Source: Rhodothermales bacterium (GTDB lineage: Bacteria; Bacteroidota; Rhodothermia; Rhodothermales; JABDKH01). From it: 64,000 bases of DNA. Where the stretch lies: NCBI GenBank assembly GCA_013002165.1, contig JABDKO010000197.1:224-64223 (forward strand), written 5' to 3'. Positions 57,571 to 64,000 of the stretch are shown in pieces. Made by a program: the position numbers and the translations under genes. Under the pieces are notes generated by a model that was given only the letters and a program-made list of their open reading frames with translations, did no database searches and was not told the origin of the DNA. The stretch's first letter is position 1, and each line of letters starts with the position of its first letter.

Positions 57571-58833
57571 CTACCCCATGCTCCGGACGGCGTCTGCCGG
57601 TTCAAGCTGGGCGGCCCGGTGGGCAGGATAAATTGCTGCCACCATGCATAGGCCGATTGCTACGATGACAACAAGAATAATGTCCATTGGCTGAATCGCG
57701 ATCGGGTAGGCATCAATGAGAAATGACTCCTGTTCGGCGAGCGGGACAAGCTTAAAATATTTCTGGGCGAGCGCAAGACCGAGACCAACCGCTACCCCCG
57801 ACAGGACGCCCAGAATCCCAATAAAGAGACCCTCCAGCAGGAAAACGCCGCGGATGTCGCTCTTTCGGAATCCCATGGAACGCAGGATGCCGATATCAGC
57901 TCTTTTTTCGATGACGACCATCGTCAATGAGCCTACAATATTGAAAGCAGCCACCAGAACTATCAGAACAAGAATAATCGACGCCCCCCATTTTTCGAGC
58001 TTCATCACATCGTATAGCGATTTTTGCAAATCGTACCACGTTTTTACGCGATACTTCCCTGATGGTAGTATCTCTTGCAGTTCTGCTTTCACTGTCTCCG
58101 CCTGTCCAATGCGGGAAAGCTTTACCTCAACTGCGGTAATGGCGCTACCCGAACTGAAAAGTCTCTGGGCTTCCTCGATGTCTACAAACACATGGCTTTC
58201 GTCGTAGATCGACTGCAATTCAAATAGTCCGCGAACCTCAAATCCTCTGAAAGGAGGCGCTCCGATGATTTTCGTCAGTGATCTCTCGAGGCCCTGTGCT
58301 GAAACGAGTGATATCCTGGAGGCACCGCCGCCGGAGGACGCGGGAAACAGCCCGAATCGCCTGCCCAGCGATGATCCAATCACCACTCCGGGAAGGCCGT
58401 CAGACCTTGCGACGTCAAACGACCCAAAGTCGACGTGGTCCAACACGGTACTTACCTGTCGAACGGTACTCATATCGACGCCCCGGACGACAACGACCTT
58501 ATTGATTTGTTGTCCCTCACCGATGAGCATCGCCTTGCCTTCAACCACGGGAGTTACGCCGATTACTTCTTTTAAAGTTATGGCGGCAGACGTGATCTCT
58601 TCGACGTTTTGTATCCCTGTTGATTCGACTGATTCAATCCGGATGTGAGGATCTATTGAGACGAGCATTTCACGAACGAAATCATAAAAGCCGTTCATTA
58701 CTGACAAAACAACAATAAGCGCTGCAACGCCAAGCGTCACTCCAGAAACGGAGACGCCGGTAATAACAGAAATCATGGTGAACCGTTTACGGTTAACCAG
58801 ATACCTGCGTGCTATCGTAGATTTCAGGCTCAC
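57571..58833 (-). CDS. LolC/LolE-like FtsX-family ABC transporter permease
   Basis: 420 aa. IARRYLVNRKRFTMISVITGVS N-terminus, a MacB-like periplasmic domain and a C-terminal FtsX 3-TM module. Confidence 0.85.
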   Translation of the reverse strand: MSLKSTIARRYLVNRKRFTMISVITGVSVSGVTLGVAALIVVLSVMNGFYDFVREMLVSIDPHIRIESVESTGIQNVEEITSAAITLKEVIGVTPVVEGKAMLIGEGQQINKVVVVRGVDMSTVRQVSTVLDHVDFGSFDVARSDGLPGVVIGSSLGRRFGLFPASSGGGASRISLVSAQGLERSLTKIIGAPPFRGFEVRGLFELQSIYDESHVFVDIEEAQRLFSSGSAITAVEVKLSRIGQAETVKAELQEILPSGKYRVKTWYDLQKSLYDVMKLEKWGASIILVLIVLVAAFNIVGSLTMVVIEKRADIGILRSMGFRKSDIRGVFLLEGLFIGILGVLSGVAVGLGLALAQKYFKLVPLAEQESFLIDAYPIAIQPMDIILVVIVAIGLCMVAAIYPAHRAAQLEPADAVRSMG

Positions 58834-58836
58834 AGA

Positions 58837-59625
58837 CTACCGGAGCAGACTCTCGCCCGACTCAAACAACCGCGACTCGATGGATTCGGGAAACGAAACA
58901 TTGTCGGTATGAATACTGAAAGTCGGTGACGCTTTTCTCATCGATACCCGGAGCGGGCCTGATGGACTGTCGACCGTGGTGTAGTCTACCCATGCGTAAG
59001 TTGTCTGGTTGGTTCGGCCCTGGAGCAGGTAGGTCCAGCCTTCCACCTCGCCAGTTTCGCTCGATATGGATATCCAGTACCTGTCCCCGGGTGTGTAGCC
59101 GACCGAGTCGAAAGACAGGGTCAACGTGGCAGCTCCGTCTTTTTCCTCCATGCCTCGTTGAACCCCCTCGTCGAATACCTTGAATGGAGCCATCAACCAG
59201 TAGATATCGTTTATATACATCCTGTGCGCCTGGCTTACGTAGCGGTCATTCTGGATGGAGTCAACCTGCGCACCGTTAATGAACGCTGTGCCAAGCGTAT
59301 CTGCCGTGTTGAAGACGACGGTCACTGACGAGTCCTCGCCGACCTGGTATTCCAATCGATAACGGCCATCATATTTGTCCCATAAATGCCGGCGTGCTGG
59401 CCGACGACCACTCTCGCCCTCGGTGGAGAAGTCAAATCTGACAAATCTGATGTTCTCCCATGTGTCAAGTCCGCCCATCGCAGTTACCATCATCATGGCA
59501 AGAGAGTCAGCTTCCGTCTCAAGGTCCATCTGCCGCGCAGTGGAGTCTTTTTTTTCATCGGGTTCAGTGCACGATGTCAGCAGTAAGACGGAGAACAGGC
59601 AAAGACAGGTGATAATCCTGGTCAT
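58837..59625 (-). CDS. Hypothetical lipoprotein
   Basis: Start at MTRIITCLCLFSVLLLTSC (lipobox). No family recognised. Starts 4 nt downstream of the permease gene end. Confidence 0.55.
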   Translation of the reverse strand: MTRIITCLCLFSVLLLTSCTEPDEKKDSTARQMDLETEADSLAMMMVTAMGGLDTWENIRFVRFDFSTEGESGRRPARRHLWDKYDGRYRLEYQVGEDSSVTVVFNTADTLGTAFINGAQVDSIQNDRYVSQAHRMYINDIYWLMAPFKVFDEGVQRGMEEKDGAATLTLSFDSVGYTPGDRYWISISSETGEVEGWTYLLQGRTNQTTYAWVDYTTVDSPSGPLRVSMRKASPTFSIHTDNVSFPESIESRLFESGESLLR

Positions 59626-59723
59626 TTTCAATGTTGTGGTTTTGGTGGGCGATGCATCCAAAAGAACATTCTCGATGAGGAAATGTTTTGAACATTCTGT
59701 CGCCCTCGAGCTTCGAGATTAGA

Positions 59724-60461
59724 ATGAGAGCATTTGGCCAAACAGCAGTCGCTACAGTACTCCTGAATCTGGTGTGCCTGTCCGCGACCCTGGCGCAACT
59801 GTCGCCCGTAAACGAACGCGTTCCGACGCGACTTCAGGGCCTGGAGTTCGTATTAACGAACAGCGGATTCGGGATCGGTGGCTTCTTTCAAGACTCGCTA
59901 TCAACTCGATTCAATTTCATCGGCGAGATTCGAATCGCTGCCGGAAAAGATGAACGCGAAGTTGCCTTCTTCGATCGCTTCGGACGGCGGACAATTCCCG
60001 GCAAAGCCAACTACCTGCTAATCGTGCCGTTGAGTTTCGGTACTCAGTACAGGATTTTTTCAGAACGTATTGAGAACTCGTTCCGCCCATTTATCCAGTT
60101 CTCGGGAGGACCAACATTCGGGTGGGAGTATCCCTATTTCGAAGATTGCAATGGGAACGGTGTATTTGAGCTCGAGGCAGACTGCAACGGTAACGGTACG
60201 ATCGACGGTCCGGATGAGGGTGAGCGACGATTATCATCCTTTGACGCTCTTCCGGAGGGACAGCTTCGGACAGGGGTCGGAGCCTCACTCGGCCTCGGTG
60301 CTCATTTCGGCTACGGGACAAAGGGGGTACTCGGTCTGAAGATTGACTACACAATCGCCTACTTCTTCAATGGGATTCAGCTCCTTGAGGCACCGATCAA
60401 GCCGCGGCAGTCTTTTTTCAGGACCCCGACGATAGCCATATTTTTCTCTCCGGGGTTCTAA
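59724..60461 (+). CDS. Hypothetical outer-membrane beta-barrel-like protein with duplicated DCNGNG loop
   Basis: Signal peptide (...LSATLAQ), Gly/aromatic-rich strand pattern, C-terminal Phe (...FFSPGF). Insert [28 protein letters not shown]. Confidence 0.5.
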   Translation: MRAFGQTAVATVLLNLVCLSATLAQLSPVNERVPTRLQGLEFVLTNSGFGIGGFFQDSLSTRFNFIGEIRIAAGKDEREVAFFDRFGRRTIPGKANYLLIVPLSFGTQYRIFSERIENSFRPFIQFSGGPTFGWEYPYFEDCNGNGVFELEADCNGNGTIDGPDEGERRLSSFDALPEGQLRTGVGASLGLGAHFGYGTKGVLGLKIDYTIAYFFNGIQLLEAPIKPRQSFFRTPTIAIFFSPGF

Positions 60462-61552
60462 ACGTTGAACCGGAAAAGCATAACGTCTCCATCCTGTACT
60501 ACATACGCCTTCCCCTCTGAACGCATAGCTCCTGCTTCCCGTGCAGCAGCTTCAGTTCGATACTGTTCGTAGTCTTTGAACTTGATCGTCTCGGCACGAA
60601 TAAATCCCTTTTCAAAATCAGTATGGATCTGACCTGCAGCCTGCGGTGCGAGCATGCCCCGCGTTATCGTCCAGGCGCGGGTCTCTTTCGGGCCAACCGT
60701 AAAGAACGTGATTAATCCCAGCAACGTGTAGGCAGATTGCACCAATCGATCCAGCCCTGACTGTCCCAGTCCCAGATCTTTAAGAAATTCAATGCGGTCC
60801 GCCTCATCGAGGTCCGCGATTTGTGCTTCCACTTCTGCTGAAACTATCGTGGCTACCGCTCCCTCTTCAGCAGCAATCGCTGCCACAATTCGCGTGTATT
60901 CATTGCCATCGACAACGTCGGCTTCGGAAACGTTTGCGGCATATAGTACCGGTTTTGCTGTCAGCAAAAACAGGTTGTCAAACCAGGTCCTGTGATCCTG
61001 GTCGACATGCATCAGTCGGCCCGGTTTCCCTTCTCCAATGAAATCGCGGACCTTCTCGGTGAACGACAGTTCATCCTTCAGCTTTTTGTCGCCGCTTTTG
61101 GCTTGCTTGCCCAACTTATCTACCCGCCGCTCAAGGGACTCAAGGTCCTTCAATAACAACTCGGTTTCAATCACCTCTATGTCACGGGCCGGATCAACGC
61201 TGCCCGACACGTGAACAACGTCTTCGTTGTCGAAGCACCGCACGACATGAATGATGGCGTCCACCTCACGGATGTGCGACAAAAACTGATTCCCAAGGCC
61301 CTCACCCTTCGATGCTCCTTCGACCAGTCCCGCTATATCATAAAACTCGATCGTTGCCGGTATGACTGAGGCTGAATTAGCCAGTCCCGCCAGAACATGC
61401 TGTCGCTTGTCCGGGACGGGTACCACTCCAACGTTGGGCTCAATTGTACAAAACGGATAGTTGGCCGCCTCGGCTCCGGCGCTGCTCAGAGCGTTAAACA
61501 GTGTCGATTTCCCGACATTCGGAAGACCGACTATTCCACAACGTAATGCCAT
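60458..61552 (-). CDS. ychF: Redox-regulated ATPase YchF
   Basis: [22 protein letters not shown] aligns with the E. coli YchF N-terminus. C-terminal ...[11 protein letters not shown]. Start trimmed from 61585. Confidence 0.93.
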   Translation of the reverse strand: MALRCGIVGLPNVGKSTLFNALSSAGAEAANYPFCTIEPNVGVVPVPDKRQHVLAGLANSASVIPATIEFYDIAGLVEGASKGEGLGNQFLSHIREVDAIIHVVRCFDNEDVVHVSGSVDPARDIEVIETELLLKDLESLERRVDKLGKQAKSGDKKLKDELSFTEKVRDFIGEGKPGRLMHVDQDHRTWFDNLFLLTAKPVLYAANVSEADVVDGNEYTRIVAAIAAEEGAVATIVSAEVEAQIADLDEADRIEFLKDLGLGQSGLDRLVQSAYTLLGLITFFTVGPKETRAWTITRGMLAPQAAGQIHTDFEKGFIRAETIKFKDYEQYRTEAAAREAGAMRSEGKAYVVQDGDVMLFRFNV

Positions 61553-61629
61553 CCTTGTATTTGTTGTATTATTGATCGCGGCCAAAAGAGCCGACGCCTT
61601 ATTGAATTTCGTAGCGCTTTTGTTCCATC

Positions 61630-62157
61630 TTGACCATGATTAGACCACAAAATCACATTGTGGTAACCCTCTCAATCCTGATGCTGCTGTTTACGGCAAT
61701 GGATTGTCGTGCACAAAGTATCGGATCCCTCGAGGGAACGGGCATTCAGGCTGGCATCGGTTTCCTTCCAGGGGTTGGAATTCAAGTGGCGTACTTCGAT
61801 GCGAAAAGAATGTATGTAAGGGATGTTGTCTTCTATACACATCTTCAGCCCGGTATTTTCGAAAATTCTGGCAGTCTGCAGATCAGCGGATCACTCGGTG
61901 CGGCGGTCCGCATCATTGGAATCCTGGAGACGATCGGCGCCATGTCGCCAAGATTGTTCGACGTGCACCTTGGCGCGCGCATTGGGCCGGGACTGACGTT
62001 CGCCTTTGACGAGTCATCTCTTGAAAAAAATCAGCGATTCAGTCTTACCCTGGAGCCCCTTGCCCGGTTTGTACAGGAGGTAGGAGGACGGCGATACTAC
62101 ATGGAGTTGGGGATAGTCAGGCCATCGCTCCGATTCGGACTCTTATTCAGTCTTTAA
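61630..62157 (+). CDS. Hypothetical secreted / small beta-barrel-like protein
   Basis: Signal peptide ([11 protein letters not shown]), Gly-rich alternating pattern. No family recognised. Confidence 0.4.
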   Translation: MTMIRPQNHIVVTLSILMLLFTAMDCRAQSIGSLEGTGIQAGIGFLPGVGIQVAYFDAKRMYVRDVVFYTHLQPGIFENSGSLQISGSLGAAVRIIGILETIGAMSPRLFDVHLGARIGPGLTFAFDESSLEKNQRFSLTLEPLARFVQEVGGRRYYMELGIVRPSLRFGLLFSL

Positions 62158-62811
62158 GCCTTCTGCATACGGGACCATCACAAACTCGCGCTCAGGCAAT
62201 CTGACTGCAGTGAGCACGCCTCTTCCCGGATACTGATGGTAAACACATCCTGTGTCGATGTTTATCAGCAGATCCTTATTCGTCGGAATGTCAACGGGTG
62301 TGTGCCCGCATACGACGGGTTTCTCCCACGAGTACTCTTTACTCATTAGATGTGTTCGCTCCCAGAGAAACGTCTCATCATCGAACATTTCGAGATTTTC
62401 CTGGATCGTATAGTTGGCCTTGAGGCCTCCGTGCACGAAGAAGAAATCGTCCGTCTCGAAGTAAGAGACTGTATCACGAATGAACTGCACGTCGTCTTCA
62501 GGAATTTCGTTGAGGCCTGCATCGGAGTAGCTCAGAAGTGTAGCTATACCCCCGTTCATTGCCCACAAATCGTATTCACCCTTATCGAGATAGTTGAGCA
62601 TAAGCTGCTCGTGGTTACCCCTCAAGAAGGTACACTTCACGACATCCTGCAAACCCCTGAGGATATCGATAACTCCACGAGAATCCGGACCACGATCGAC
62701 ATAGTCACCGATGAAAACAAGGTGGTCTGTATCTTTCAGCTCGAGCTCATCGAGCAATGCGGTCAACGTTGATGCGCAACCGTGGATATCACCAATAGCA
62801 ATAATTGACAT
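62143..62811 (-). CDS. PPP-family metallophosphoesterase (Ser/Thr phosphatase / ApaH-like)
   Basis: GDIHG, GDYVDRG and GNHE motifs in the canonical order. Confidence 0.85.
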   Translation of the reverse strand: MSIIAIGDIHGCASTLTALLDELELKDTDHLVFIGDYVDRGPDSRGVIDILRGLQDVVKCTFLRGNHEQLMLNYLDKGEYDLWAMNGGIATLLSYSDAGLNEIPEDDVQFIRDTVSYFETDDFFFVHGGLKANYTIQENLEMFDDETFLWERTHLMSKEYSWEKPVVCGHTPVDIPTNKDLLINIDTGCVYHQYPGRGVLTAVRLPEREFVMVPYAEGLKTE

Positions 62812-62840
62812 TGGTCAGGCGGTGTCTTTATCTCGGCGAT

Positions 62841-63332
62841 CTAGGATCCTTCGCCGCTGCTTGTTCTGTTTTCGATTGATTCGATTCCTACGAGTCCGCG
62901 ACCTTTCTTCTTCACGCGATTGTCTGCGTGCAGGGCGATAAGGCTGGCATCGAGGATTCCGTTGATAAATTGTCCACTTCTGGGGGTGCTGTACTTCTTC
63001 GCCACTTCAATGGCCTCGTTTATTGTGACCTTGGGGGGAATGTCTTCGAAGTACAGTATCTCTGTTAACGCAATTCTTAGCAAAAGTCGATCAACAAGGG
63101 CTATTCGCGTCACGTCCCAGTTTTGTGCGTGCTGCGCAATTAATGAGTCATGTTCTGAAGTACTCGACAGCGCCTTCTTGAACAGGAGCTTCGCAAATTC
63201 GAGATTTGCGGCGTCCGAAACGAAGGCAGGATCAAGAATCGTCTCAATGACGTGCAGATCGGATCCTCCCCCGAGCTCGTACGCATAGAGTGCCTGCATC
63301 ACTCTCTCCCTGACCTCACGTCGGCTGCTCAT
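62841..63332 (-). CDS. nusB: Transcription antitermination factor NusB
   Basis: 163 aa. RREVRERVMQALY start and INEAIEVAKKYS block. Confidence 0.9.
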   Translation of the reverse strand: MSSRREVRERVMQALYAYELGGGSDLHVIETILDPAFVSDAANLEFAKLLFKKALSSTSEHDSLIAQHAQNWDVTRIALVDRLLLRIALTEILYFEDIPPKVTINEAIEVAKKYSTPRSGQFINGILDASLIALHADNRVKKKGRGLVGIESIENRTSSGEGS

Positions 63333-63490
63333 ATTTCAAATACCTGATAGTGTCTCTTTGCCGCAGCGGAAAGCAATAATACCGCCGGCATACATGCCGT
63401 CCAAGGAAACAGCCTAATTTTCATACGTTACGAGAATGCCTCCGGTGTGTTCATTACACAAAAGAACGCGGTAAAATTCGCGGCCCGGCA

Positions 63491-64000
63491 GTGCAGCCAT
63501 TTTCCTTATTCCCCGCATTGCCTCCCGCATTGTCTCTCGGTGCGGGTGCTTTGCTTGGAGGCCTGGTCCCGGCAAGCCCGTATCTCGTCACGGCGATCGG
63601 TCTCATTGCGCTGCTTGTGGCTGTGGCAATGCAGTCCCGTAGCATAACCGTGTCGCTCATTCTTGCCTGCCTGTCGATTTCATGCTATTCCGCGAATCGT
63701 GTACAAACTCGGAACATGCAAGCTGCATTTTCGCCTGCGCCGTCGCACGTGACAATCGTCGGAAGAGTCAGCTCCGCGCCTGCAAGTGGAAGATTTTCTA
63801 CTCAATTCTATCTGAAAGATATTCAGGTTCTTGAAACCGGCGAGACAATTACGAGACTTATTGTTCGCGTGCCATCAACTAGTCCGGGCGATGAGGTAGC
63901 CCGGGGAGATTTGTTCGGCTGCCAGGCGCGGCTGAAGATCCCGGCCTCAGTTCGAAATCCTGGTGGCTTTGACTATGCCAGGTACCTGCGTCGGCGTGGA
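63491..64000 (+). CDS. comEC: ComEC/Rec2 competence protein, N-terminal part (continues beyond window)
   Basis: A frame-2 reading frame open to the window end, not in the ORF track. It has N-terminal TM helices and the diagnostic NPGGFDYARYLRRRG motif at the end. The GTG at 63491 is a tentative start. Confidence 0.7.
   Translation, partial: MQPFSLFPALPPALSLGAGALLGGLVPASPYLVTAIGLIALLVAVAMQSRSITVSLILACLSISCYSANRVQTRNMQAAFSPAPSHVTIVGRVSSAPASGRFSTQFYLKDIQVLETGETITRLIVRVPSTSPGDEVARGDLFGCQARLKIPASVRNPGGFDYARYLRRRG

Noticed and set aside
63447-63647. 66-aa plus-strand ORF and 68-aa minus-strand ORF at the window end
   Set aside because: Both overlap the better-supported frame-2 ComEC N-terminus (TM helices, then the NPGGFDYARYL motif). 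They are considered spurious.

Overview
This is a dense bacterial chromosomal window, mostly housekeeping genes, and it appears to span the replication origin. All calls come from reading the translations and the DNA by eye; no searches were run.

Gene order:
- Left part: mfd (5' truncated), then a minus-strand string rpmH-rnpA-yidC-mnmE-mnmG-rsmG ending in a translationally coupled WYL regulator. tRNA-Val follows, then a small accessory stretch: a bare Ser/Thr kinase, an HmuY-like protein, an SdpR/SdpI-like pair and a Na+/solute symporter.
- 14.5-20 kb: a redox cluster, described below.
- 20-34 kb: Yip1, cyclophilin, aroG-type DAHP synthase, an M20 hydrolase, a GlnRS-YqeY fusion, a DPP3-like lipoprotein, RlpA-SPOR, ChaN, and the yceD-rpmF-plsX-fabH-fabD-fabG operon.
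- 34-50 kb: dnaA-dnaN, a sigma / anti-sigma-like pair, rplM-rpsI, rpsB-tsf-pyrH-frr, tRNA-Ser, yicC-gmk, coaBC, a family-4-like UDG and dnaB.
- 50-64 kb: a frameshifted membrane-protein gene, TerC, FtsX-type permeases, an FG-GAP propeller protein, a tRNA Pro-Arg-Cys cluster, rpmB-rpmG-DUF4295, ychF, a PPP phosphatase, nusB and the start of comEC.

I added several genes that fall below the ORF-track size cutoff: rpmH, rpmG, a DUF4295 gene and five tRNAs. Many starts were trimmed to signal peptides or conserved N-termini.

The most unusual content is the 14.5-20 kb redox cluster. A lipoprotein cytochrome with 9 heme motifs faces a tightly packed five-gene operon: porin-like barrel, a 4-TM protein with an HFH motif, a secreted FMN-binding protein with an SGAT flavinylation motif, a monoheme PSCyt-like lipoprotein, and a Tat-exported ApbE. 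I read this as a candidate envelope electron-transfer module of unassigned function.

Other points worth a second look:
- an in-frame fossil copy of the dnaA 3' end, 99 nt downstream of the real one;
- a (GGGSNYT)x7 G-quadruplex-type heptamer array;
- a long structured leader with TCTAG(A) repeats upstream of the symporter;
- a UDG that lacks all Fe-S cysteines;
- a candidate oriC where gene orientation switches.

Gene content (DUF4295 after rpmG, long YidC, many FtsX permeases) suggests a Bacteroidota/Rhodothermota-Balneolota-like organism. That is an inference only.
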